Shown: positions 8,975 through 17,452 of the stretch, one piece after another
Layout of the letters: each line of letters opens with the position of its first letter
How positions within the stretch are numbered: the first letter of the stretch is position 1
Assembly: GCA_017415165.1 (NCBI GenBank)
Contig: JAFQIY010000031.1
Location: 1,246 to 65,245 of the forward strand
From: Oscillospiraceae bacterium
Lineage (GTDB): Bacteria; Bacillota; Clostridia; Oscillospirales; Ruminococcaceae
DNA length: 64,000 bases
Reading direction: 5' to 3'
Position numbers and translations under genes: made by a program
The notes under the pieces: model-generated
Database searches by the model: none
Seen by the model: only the letters and a program-made list of their open reading frames with translations
Told to the model about the DNA's origin: nothing

Positions 8975-10801
8975 ATGGAAAGCTTGAATTTATGCTATGG
9001 CTGTATGAGTTCGCTGGAGGAAGGCGTTGAAATCTGCCCCGAATGCGGATACCATATGGACGCACTGCATCTTCCGTCTTATCTTGCTCCCGGAATTACT
9101 CTCAATGACAGATATATTATAGGTAAGCTCAGGTCTTACAATGGAGAAAGTGCTGACTATATTGCTTATGATAAGATTGCCGAAACAAAGGTCATTGTCA
9201 AGGAATATATGCCTGATGCGCTTTGCTCCCGTGAAAAGGACAGCAGTGTGATTATTGTCAATCCTAACTGTATGCCTCAGTACAAAACCTTCCTTTCCGA
9301 ATTTGTGGAGCTTAATAAGGTTCTTGCAAAGATGCGCACGCTTAACCATATTAACGCTGCAATTGATATGTTCGGGGATAACAACACGGCTTACGTTGTG
9401 TTCGGTTATCTGGAGGGAATGACTGTAAGCGAGTATCTGAAAATGAATGCGGGCGAACTTGAATGGGAAGAAGTAAAGAAGCTTTTTCCGCCTATTTTTA
9501 CAACGCTTTCGCTTGTCCATAATGCAGGACTTGTTCACAGAGGTATATCTCCCGAAAATATCATCATTACCGACAGCGGCGAGCTGAAGCTTACAGGCTT
9601 CTGTATCTCCGATGCAAGAACTGCAAATACAGAGCTTGCTTCTGAAATATATAATGGATATGCTGCTCCTGAACAGTATAATTCCAACAACTGGCAGGGC
9701 ACCTGGACTGACGTTTACGGAATTTCAGCTCTGCTTTACCGTATACTTACAGGCGTTGTTCCTACTGATGCAACAAGCCGTATTTCTAACGATAACCTTA
9801 TTGAGCCTGCACAGCTCAATCCGAACATTCCGAGAAATGTTTCAAAGGTTATTATGAACGGTATGAATATGAACGGCGAAATGCGTATACAGACTATTAC
9901 TGAGCTTGTTACACAGCTGTTTGAGCAGCCTGAGTACAACTCAAAGCGTCTTTCGTCTTCAAGCACTCAGACGATAACAATTCCAAAGCAGACGGGACAG
10001 AGCAGTACCGCGGCAAAGAAAAATAAGCCTATCAGCAGACACGGTCTGTTCATTATGATTATGATGGTTATTCTTTGCATAGGTATGTTCGGTCTGGTTA
10101 TGCTTATAGTTACTCTTGATGATACAAGCGGCGAGGTGAACAGAAATCCTGACCTGTCTACCTTCAGTCAGATCAGTGATGATTTCTCTGCTTCGGAAAC
10201 GTCTCCGCTTGAAACGCTTGCTCCTGTGCAGGAGCCTGCTGCAACAACTACGACATCTGCTGATAATGGCGTTGTGTATGTAATGAACGACCTTACAGGC
10301 AAGAATTATGAAATCGTAAGTAAGTCTGACTCCTATAACCTTATGTTTACAGCTGAGTTTGAGTACAATGATGATTTTGCAAAGGGCACGATTTTCTCAC
10401 AGTCAATTCCTGCAAATGAAACCTATAAGGAAAATTCCGAAATCCTTGTTAAGGTAAGCCTTGGTCCGAGATATATTGAAATTCCTGATTATCTCACAAT
10501 GGAAAAGAAGGCGTATTTCAATAAGCTCAACGAGCTCGGAATAAAGTATGAGGAAGAAGAATTCGAAACAGAGGATACACTTGAAGGTTACGTTGCCAAA
10601 ACAAGTAAGGAACCCGGTGAAAAGCTTGATGTTGAAGCAGGTGAGGTTCTGACGGTTTATGTTGCAAAAAATCCTCCTAAGCCTGAAACAACAACGGAAA
10701 CTACGACATCTGCTGTATTTGATGAAAATGACCCGTTTGCAGGCTTTACAGATACGGTTGCTACAGAGGAAGCTGACATCATCATTACAATTTATGATTA
10801 A
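8975..10801 (+). CDS. Membrane-anchored Ser/Thr-kinase-like protein (predicted pseudokinase) with N-terminal zinc ribbon and C-terminal PASTA-like repeats
   Basis: CYGC...CPECG zinc ribbon. Kinase-like core with HRG instead of HRD, SPEN instead of KPxN and TGF instead of DFG; the APE motif is retained. One TM (LFIMIMMVILCIGMFGLVMLIV). Two PASTA-like units and a Thr/Glu-rich tail. Confidence 0.75.
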   Translation: MESLNLCYGCMSSLEEGVEICPECGYHMDALHLPSYLAPGITLNDRYIIGKLRSYNGESADYIAYDKIAETKVIVKEYMPDALCSREKDSSVIIVNPNCMPQYKTFLSEFVELNKVLAKMRTLNHINAAIDMFGDNNTAYVVFGYLEGMTVSEYLKMNAGELEWEEVKKLFPPIFTTLSLVHNAGLVHRGISPENIIITDSGELKLTGFCISDARTANTELASEIYNGYAAPEQYNSNNWQGTWTDVYGISALLYRILTGVVPTDATSRISNDNLIEPAQLNPNIPRNVSKVIMNGMNMNGEMRIQTITELVTQLFEQPEYNSKRLSSSSTQTITIPKQTGQSSTAAKKNKPISRHGLFIMIMMVILCIGMFGLVMLIVTLDDTSGEVNRNPDLSTFSQISDDFSASETSPLETLAPVQEPAATTTTSADNGVVYVMNDLTGKNYEIVSKSDSYNLMFTAEFEYNDDFAKGTIFSQSIPANETYKENSEILVKVSLGPRYIEIPDYLTMEKKAYFNKLNELGIKYEEEEFETEDTLEGYVAKTSKEPGEKLDVEAGEVLTVYVAKNPPKPETTTETTTSAVFDENDPFAGFTDTVATEEADIIITIYD

Positions 10802-10816
10802 AATTAATATTGTTTT

Positions 10817-10849
10817 ACAGCGCTGAGCAGGTCTTGGCGCTGTTTTTTG
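10817..10849 (+). terminator. Rho-independent terminator
   Basis: ACAGCGC...GCGCTGT followed by TTTTTT. Confidence 0.7.
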
Positions 10850-10983
10850 TGCCAATTTACAATATGTACACAAATTAGGTGTGCCAATATGGTATAATAG
10901 TATGAATTAATGTGTTAAAGCCAACAAGTTTTTGTTCATTTTGCAATGAACTTGTAAATATGATTTGAAAACAGGTGACTGAT

Positions 10984-12021
10984 ATGAATGAAATGATTGT
11001 CAGAATTACAGTTCTGACTTTGTGCATAATAGTTCTTCTGACGATAGTAATTGCTGCACTCACGGGTGAGAAGGAGGAAACGACCTCGGCGGAAGTGAAT
11101 TTGTCAGACTATTACTACGTTGAAACAACGGAAACTACAGTTGTTCCCGAAACAGAAGCAACAACTGTAACAACAACGGAAGCGACAACTGTTTCTGAGG
11201 AAACGACTCCTCCCGAAACCGAGCCACCTCTTACTGATTCATCGGGAAGAAGAATTATTACAAGCCGTCAGCGTAAGGATTATGACAACAATTCGGTTTA
11301 CATAGATATGGAGAATATTCTCCAGCTTCCTGAATTGCCTGTCGGCTGTGAAATTACAGCTTTGACAATTCTTCTCAGACATTGTGGATTTGATGCCGAA
11401 AAAACCGATATGGCGCTGAATTACCTCCCGATAAGCTGGGGCAATGCACGTTACGAAGGCGATAAAACCTACAAGGACAGCTTTTTCGATTACTTTATAG
11501 GCGACCCGTTCGGCAGGGGCTATGGCTGCTTTTCGGGTGCGATTGAAAAAGCGGCGAACGCTTACATTGCCGATAACGGAGGAGGATATGTCGTAAAAAA
11601 CATTTCAGGCGCGCACCCTGATGTGCTTTATGATTATCTTGCGGCAGGAACTCCTGTGCTTTGCTGGGCAACAGACGGTATGATTGAGCCTGAGTATTAT
11701 GAAACGTGGTACGACAACGAAACGGGCGAGCAGCTTGACTGGTATCTTAATGAGCATTGCTTCGTGCTTGCGGGCTTCAATATGGATGCCGATATTGTAA
11801 CGCTGAACGACCCTATGAAGGGAATTATTGACTACAATATCAACAAGTTTGAAACGCGTTACGACCAGATGCACCGTCAGGCAATCGTAATACTTCCCGA
11901 AGACGGCACCGACCCTGTGGAAAGCATTTATGCTGAAACCTCAGCGGCGGAAACTGCTGCGACAGAAACGGCAGGTACAACTGCTGCTGAAATTGAAAAT
12001 CAGGAGGATTTGACGGACTGA
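10984..12021 (+). CDS. Membrane-anchored papain-fold cysteine peptidase-like protein (C39-like/BtrH-like domain)
   Basis: N-terminal TM and a Thr/Glu/Pro-rich linker. Candidate catalytic Cys in LPVGCEITALTILL and His in NEHCFVLAGF. The start is uncertain (GTG 10975 or ATG 10984). Confidence 0.6.
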   Translation: MNEMIVRITVLTLCIIVLLTIVIAALTGEKEETTSAEVNLSDYYYVETTETTVVPETEATTVTTTEATTVSEETTPPETEPPLTDSSGRRIITSRQRKDYDNNSVYIDMENILQLPELPVGCEITALTILLRHCGFDAEKTDMALNYLPISWGNARYEGDKTYKDSFFDYFIGDPFGRGYGCFSGAIEKAANAYIADNGGGYVVKNISGAHPDVLYDYLAAGTPVLCWATDGMIEPEYYETWYDNETGEQLDWYLNEHCFVLAGFNMDADIVTLNDPMKGIIDYNINKFETRYDQMHRQAIVILPEDGTDPVESIYAETSAAETAATETAGTTAAEIENQEDLTD

Positions 12022-12043
12022 AAAACTTTTTGTTAAAAAACTA

Positions 12044-12072
12044 TTGAAATTGTGTTTAAAATGCTGTATAAT
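12044..12072 (+). promoter_or_regulatory. Sigma-A-type promoter
   Basis: TTGAAA, 17 nt, TATAAT. Confidence 0.5.
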
Positions 12073-12134
12073 GAAAATGTGCAATAGTTTTTTTCTATAG
12101 CACTTTATTATGAAATAATAAGGAGTTGTTTCAA

Positions 12135-13475
12135 ATGGGTCTTATTAAAGCTGCAATCAGCGCTGTAGGCGGTACTCTTGCCGACCAGTGGAAGGAATAT
12201 TTTTATTGTGAAGCTATGGCAAGCGATGTTCTTGTTCAGAAGGCTTCCAAAAGAGTTAATGGCAAGTCCTCAAATACAAAGGGCAGTGATAATGTAATTA
12301 CTCAGGGCAGCGGTATTGCTGTTGCTGACGGTCAGTGTATGATTATTGTTGAGAACGGTAAAATTCTCGATGTCTGTGCTGAGCCAGGCGAATATACATT
12401 CAATATCTCAGGCGAGCCTACAATCTTTGCAGGCGACCTCGGCACAAGCATCAAGGAAACTCTTTCTTCAATCGGTGACCGTATCGCTCACGGCGGTCAG
12501 GCTTCAACCGATACAAGAGTTTACTACTTCAATACAAAGGAAATTATCGGCAACAAGTACGGTACTCCGTCACCTGTTCCTTTCCGCGTTGTGGACGCAA
12601 ATATCGGTCTTGATATTGATGTTTCTATCCGCTGCAATGGTGAGTATACATATAAAATTGTTGACCCGCTTCTTTTCTATACAAACGTTTGCGGCAACGT
12701 TTCCGACGTTTACCGCAGAAGCGAAATCGACAGCACTCTCAAGATGGAACTTATGACAGCTCTCCAGCCTGCGTTTGCAAAGATTTCCGCTATGGGTATC
12801 AGATACAGCGCACTCCCAGGACATACTCTCGAAATCGCTGACGCTCTCAATGAAGTGCTTTCCAAGAAGTGGACTGAGCTTCGCGGTATCAAGATTGCTT
12901 CCTTCGGTGTTAACTCTGTAACTTGCTCACCTGAAGATGAAAAGATGATTAAGGACCTTCAGAGAACAGCTGTAATGCGTGACCCGTCTATGGCAGCTGC
13001 TACAATGGTAGGTGCACAGAGCGAAGCTATGAAGATGGCTGCTTCCAACAGCGGCGGCGCAATGATGGGCTTTATGGGTATGAATATGGCTCAGCAGGCA
13101 GGCGGTATGAATGCTAACCAGCTCTTTGGTATGGCTCAGCAACAGCAGATGGCGCAGCAGCAGATGGCAGCTCAGCAGGCTGCTCCTGTTCAGCAAGCTC
13201 CTGCAGCAGGCGGCTGGAAGTGCTCCTGCGGTGCAACAAATACTGCTAAGTTCTGTTCCGAATGTGGCTCACCAAAGCCTGCGGCAGACGGCTGGACTTG
13301 TTCCTGCGGTGCTGTAAACAAGGGTAAGTTCTGTGCTGAATGCGGCTCGCCAAAGCCTGCAGGTGCACCTCTCTACCGTTGTGACAAGTGCGGCTGGGAG
13401 CCTGAGGACCCGGCAAACCCACCTAAGTTCTGTCAGGAATGCGGCGACCGTTTCGACGAAAATGATATAAAGTAA
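12135..13475 (+). CDS. SPFH-type (YdjI-like) protein with Met/Gln-rich linker and three C-terminal zinc ribbons
   Basis: The N-terminus MGLIKAAISAVGGTLADQWKEYF resembles the B. subtilis YdjI family (from memory). The C-terminus carries WKCSCGATNTAKFCSECGSPKP, a near-duplicate, and CDKCG...CQECG. Confidence 0.65.
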   Translation: MGLIKAAISAVGGTLADQWKEYFYCEAMASDVLVQKASKRVNGKSSNTKGSDNVITQGSGIAVADGQCMIIVENGKILDVCAEPGEYTFNISGEPTIFAGDLGTSIKETLSSIGDRIAHGGQASTDTRVYYFNTKEIIGNKYGTPSPVPFRVVDANIGLDIDVSIRCNGEYTYKIVDPLLFYTNVCGNVSDVYRRSEIDSTLKMELMTALQPAFAKISAMGIRYSALPGHTLEIADALNEVLSKKWTELRGIKIASFGVNSVTCSPEDEKMIKDLQRTAVMRDPSMAAATMVGAQSEAMKMAASNSGGAMMGFMGMNMAQQAGGMNANQLFGMAQQQQMAQQQMAAQQAAPVQQAPAAGGWKCSCGATNTAKFCSECGSPKPAADGWTCSCGAVNKGKFCAECGSPKPAGAPLYRCDKCGWEPEDPANPPKFCQECGDRFDENDIK

Positions 13476-13480
13476 TATCA

Positions 13481-13515
13481 AGAAACGGCTGAATTCTTTT
13501 CAGCCGTTTCTTTTG
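13481..13515 (+). terminator. Rho-independent terminator/attenuator
   Basis: AGAAACGGCTG...CAGCCGTTTCT followed by TTT. Confidence 0.6.
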
Positions 13516-13532
13516 AATGAAAGGAGTATGTT

Positions 13533-14606
13533 ATGGCAGCTCTTATTGATTATAAATGTCCCTGCTGCGGCGGCGGTATTGAGTTTGACAGCCAGAGTCA
13601 GAATATGAAGTGTCCCTACTGTGACACGGAATTTGAGGTTGATGCAATCAAGGAATTCAACGAGGTATCACAGCCTGAGCAGGACGATTTTTCCTGGGAT
13701 AATCCAAGCAGCGAATGGGATGCGTCCGAACAGGACGGAATGAAGGTTTATTCCTGCGAAAACTGCGGAGGTCAGATTGTTGCTGACGAAACAACATCAG
13801 CTTCTGCCTGTCCGTATTGTGATAGTCCGATTGTTATGTCAGGACAGTTTGAGGGCGGCTTGAAGCCTGATTTGATTATTCCGTTCAAGATTGACAAGGA
13901 AGGTGCAAAGGAAGCACTCAAGAACTTTATGAAGGGCAAGTTTCTGCTGCCTAAGAGCTTTGCGGACGAAAACAGAATTGAAGAAATCAAGGGTGTTTAT
14001 GTACCTTTCTGGCTTTTCGACTGTGACGCTGACGCAAAACTCAGGTTCAAGGCTACAAAGACAAGAAGCTGGCGTTCGGGTGATTATGAATACACTGAAA
14101 CAAAGCACTTTATGATAGTAAGAAGCGGTGATATCAGCTTTGATAAGGTTCCTGTTGACGGCTCAACCAAAATGCCTGACGAGCTTTCTGAGGCAATCGA
14201 ACCGTTTAACTACGGCGACTGCAAGGACTTCCTGCCTGCTTATCTCGCAGGTTATCTTTCCGATAAGTACGACGTTGACGCTGAAACAAGTCAGCCCCGT
14301 GCAAATGAGCGTATCAAGACAAGTACGCTTCAGGAGTTTGAGGACACTGTTCAGGGGTACGACAGTGTAATTCCCGATTCAGTCAATATCCAGCTCAGAA
14401 GCGGTAAAATCCGTTATGCGCTTCTTCCTGTGTGGATGCTTAATACCAAGTACAGGGGCGAAATGTACAACTTTTCTATGAATGGTCAGACAGGCAAGTT
14501 CGTCGGAAATCTTCCTGTTGACTGGGGTAAGTTCTGGAGATTGTTTGCTGGTATTACAGCGGGTGTCGGTGCACTTGCATTTGCAGTGCAGGCATTTATT
14601 CTGTAA
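13533..14606 (+). CDS. Zinc-ribbon protein with C-terminal TM (YdjG-like)
   Basis: Two CxxC...CxxC ribbons (CPCCG...CPYC; CENCG...CPYC) and the C-terminal TM FAGITAGVGALAFAVQAFIL. Confidence 0.6.
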   Translation: MAALIDYKCPCCGGGIEFDSQSQNMKCPYCDTEFEVDAIKEFNEVSQPEQDDFSWDNPSSEWDASEQDGMKVYSCENCGGQIVADETTSASACPYCDSPIVMSGQFEGGLKPDLIIPFKIDKEGAKEALKNFMKGKFLLPKSFADENRIEEIKGVYVPFWLFDCDADAKLRFKATKTRSWRSGDYEYTETKHFMIVRSGDISFDKVPVDGSTKMPDELSEAIEPFNYGDCKDFLPAYLAGYLSDKYDVDAETSQPRANERIKTSTLQEFEDTVQGYDSVIPDSVNIQLRSGKIRYALLPVWMLNTKYRGEMYNFSMNGQTGKFVGNLPVDWGKFWRLFAGITAGVGALAFAVQAFIL

Positions 14607-14618
14607 GGAGGTGCAGAT

Positions 14619-15386
14619 ATGAAATTGAAGAAAATATTTTCGGCAATCCTTGCAGCGGCAATGTGCATTGCTTTTTCAGCAGTAAACGTATCTGCGGCAA
14701 ATCCCGATAAGGTTGTTGACAATGCAGATATTCTCACCGACAGCGAGGAGCAGCGGCTTGAAGAAAAGTTCCTGGGCATTGTTGATAAGTACGGCTACGA
14801 TATTGCAGTTGTAACAGTCAGTTCAACTGACGGAAAATCAATGATGGCTTATGCTGACGATTATTACGACTACAATGGATACGGCAGTGACGGTTTGATG
14901 ATGCTCGTCGATATGGGCGGACGCGACTGGTGGATTACCACAGATGGTAAAGGAATAAATGCGTTCACAGATGCAGGTATTCAGAATGTCGGAGATGCTG
15001 TTGCCGAGTATCTTACTGATGAAGAATATTATGACGGTTTTTCCAAGTTTGCCGACCTGGCAGAAAAATATATTGACGTGTACGAAGAAACAGGAAAGCC
15101 TATGGGCAATCCGAAAAATTATGTTGCTATTTTCTTTATTTCTTTGTGCATAGGTCTGGTTTTTGCGGCGATTATTTGTCTTGTGCTCAAGTCACAGCTT
15201 AAAACAGCTGTCAGACAGACTAATGCAAAGGCTTATGTCCGTGCAGGAAGCCGTAATGTAACATATGCAAGAGATATTTTTCTTTATAAAAAGGTTACAC
15301 GCAGCAAAATAGAGTCCAATAACGGAAGCAGCACCCACACAAGTTCAAGCGGTAATACCCACGGCGGTGGCGGCGGAAGCTTCTGA
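14619..15386 (+). CDS. TPM-domain protein (YdjH-like), secreted or membrane-anchored
   Basis: Signal peptide. TPM-like block VVDNADILTDSEEQRLEEK...DIAVVTV. One TM and a Gly-rich tail GGGGGSF. Confidence 0.65.
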   Translation: MKLKKIFSAILAAAMCIAFSAVNVSAANPDKVVDNADILTDSEEQRLEEKFLGIVDKYGYDIAVVTVSSTDGKSMMAYADDYYDYNGYGSDGLMMLVDMGGRDWWITTDGKGINAFTDAGIQNVGDAVAEYLTDEEYYDGFSKFADLAEKYIDVYEETGKPMGNPKNYVAIFFISLCIGLVFAAIICLVLKSQLKTAVRQTNAKAYVRAGSRNVTYARDIFLYKKVTRSKIESNNGSSTHTSSSGNTHGGGGGSF

Positions 15387-15393
15387 TAATCCA

Positions 15394-15453
15394 AGCGCTG
15401 TTTTTATCAACAAAAGGCTGATTTTGAGTTGTTAAAAAAACAGCGCTTTTTTT
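15394..15453 (+). terminator. Long-loop hairpin terminator
   Basis: AGCGCTGTTTTT...AAAAACAGCGCT followed by TTTTTT. Confidence 0.55.
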
Positions 15454-15562
15454 GTGCAAGGTGTTAATTGATAATAATGTAACAATGTGATAGAATTAGA
15501 TAAGATGTATATTTATGCGCCTAATGTGTGGATTTGACTATTCACTCTTGCGGAGGATTTTT

Positions 15563-17452
15563 ATGTTTAAGGGACAAAAGATAATTGCTGTTTGTATTCC
15601 AAGACCATATGAAGCTACACGTTTCGGATATATTGAAAAACTGAACGCTGCTGCCATCAGCCGTGATTATAAGCTTTTTGTATATCAGACAAATTCCGAT
15701 TTGTATATGAACAACTCAGCGGATATGGGCGAAAAGCATATCTTTGATTTGATAGATTATGATGTTATTGACGGCTTGATTATCTTTACTGAGATGATAA
15801 AAGATAAGAAGCTTACAAAAAGAATTGCAGATAATGCTGTAAGCAGAGGTATTCCTGTTGTTTCCGTTGAAGCACCTATGGATGGCTGTATCAATCTGAA
15901 ATATGATTACGGTACCTGCTTTGAGAAAATTGTACGTCATATTATCGTTGACCATAAGCTTACAAAGGTTAATTTTATTGCAGGCTTTGAAGGAAATGAT
16001 TTTTCAGAAGAACGTCATAGTGTATATAAAAAAGTTCTTGAGGAACAGGGAATTCCGTATGAGCCTGAACGTGTAGGATATGGTAACTTCTGGGAGTATC
16101 CTACAAGGCAGGTTATGGAGAAGTTCCTTGCTGACGGAAAGGAGCTTCCTGAGGCAATTATCTGCTGTAATGATGTTATGGCAATGGTTGCCTGCAAATG
16201 TCTTGCGGAAAAGGGCTATTCCGTCCCTAAGGATGTTATAGTTTCAGGCTTTGACGGAATTGAAGATGAAAGATATCATTCGCCGCGTCTTACTACCTGC
16301 CGTAACAGCGAGGACGAAATGTCAAGAAAGGCTGTTGAGCTTATTGACCGTGTAATCAATGGCGAGGAGGTGCCGAGCCGCGTGCTTATCAGCTTTGAGA
16401 TGGTTGTATCGCAGTCCTGCGGATGTGTAAAGGCACATACGGAGGATGGTTCAAAGATGATAAATGACCTCCACGCAAGATTGACAGGACATATGCAGCG
16501 AAGCTATAATATGACCAGCCTTTCGACAATTATCAGTAACGAGAAAAATGTTGAGAATATTTATGAGCACCTTACAAACAAGCAGGAGCTTACAGATACA
16601 TATTGCTGTCTGAATACCGATGCACTTCAGCCGAGAAGCGGTATTATGGAAAGAGAAAGCGATGAACCTTTTACTGATGAAATGCTTATGATTTTCAAGG
16701 GCAGCTATGAAAAGCCGATTACCGAAACAATACGTTTCAACCGAAAGGATATTGCTCCGAATATTGAGAGTTATATGGATTGGCAGGTTCCTGTTGTGTT
16801 TACGGCAATTCACTATCTGGATACCTGTCTGGGATATCTCTGTATGGTAATTCCGCTTGAAATGATTCATTATGAACGTATACCGCAGGTTTCTGAGGCT
16901 TTCGGCAACGGCTTCGGTAACGTCAGAATGTTTGCGGCAATGGAAAGATTGTATACGCACGATACACTTACCGAGCTCTATAACCGCCGCGGATTTTATC
17001 AGCTTGTGCTTCCTAAATTTGAGCAGGCAACCGTTAATGGTCTTACGGTAGCAATTGTTTCTGCCGACCTTGACGGACTTAAAACCATAAATGATACATA
17101 TGGACATTCCGAGGGCGACTGCGCAATCAAGGTTGTAGGTGAGGCGCTGAAGAATGCTTCTGTCAATAGTGAAATCTGTGCACGCTTCGGCGGTGATGAG
17201 TTCGTTGTTGCAGGCGTGGTTGAAAGTGCTGAAAATTATGTAGAGGAGTATAAACAGAAATTCTACGAATACATTGACGAATTCAATAAAAACAGCGGCA
17301 AGCCGTATAAGGTTGCCGCAAGTATAGGTCTGATATGCAAGTCTGCCGAGGGTTCAACGGTTGACGACCTTATCAAGCTTTCCGACGACCTTATGTACAG
17401 AGATAAGGCGTCAAGAAAGAAAGTCCGCAGCAGACCGAGAGAAGACGGCTAA
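15563..17452 (+). CDS. Diguanylate cyclase with N-terminal LacI/PurR-type sugar-binding core (no HTH)
   Basis: Periplasmic-binding-fold motifs (DGLIIF, GIPVV, ICCNDVMAM, VSGFDGIED..SPRLTT). An intact GGDEF domain (LYNRRGF, DLDGLKTINDTYGH, RFGGDEFVV). ATG 15563 follows GGAGGA. Confidence 0.8.
   Translation: MFKGQKIIAVCIPRPYEATRFGYIEKLNAAAISRDYKLFVYQTNSDLYMNNSADMGEKHIFDLIDYDVIDGLIIFTEMIKDKKLTKRIADNAVSRGIPVVSVEAPMDGCINLKYDYGTCFEKIVRHIIVDHKLTKVNFIAGFEGNDFSEERHSVYKKVLEEQGIPYEPERVGYGNFWEYPTRQVMEKFLADGKELPEAIICCNDVMAMVACKCLAEKGYSVPKDVIVSGFDGIEDERYHSPRLTTCRNSEDEMSRKAVELIDRVINGEEVPSRVLISFEMVVSQSCGCVKAHTEDGSKMINDLHARLTGHMQRSYNMTSLSTIISNEKNVENIYEHLTNKQELTDTYCCLNTDALQPRSGIMERESDEPFTDEMLMIFKGSYEKPITETIRFNRKDIAPNIESYMDWQVPVVFTAIHYLDTCLGYLCMVIPLEMIHYERIPQVSEAFGNGFGNVRMFAAMERLYTHDTLTELYNRRGFYQLVLPKFEQATVNGLTVAIVSADLDGLKTINDTYGHSEGDCAIKVVGEALKNASVNSEICARFGGDEFVVAGVVESAENYVEEYKQKFYEYIDEFNKNSGKPYKVAASIGLICKSAEGSTVDDLIKLSDDLMYRDKASRKKVRSRPREDG

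Noticed and set aside
11100-11230. Repetitive ACn/GAA-rich DNA in the peptidase gene, with similar stretches at 10680-10720 and 11940-11990.
   Set aside because: These encode Thr/Glu/Pro-rich extracellular linkers in frame. They are low-complexity coding sequence, not independent repeats.
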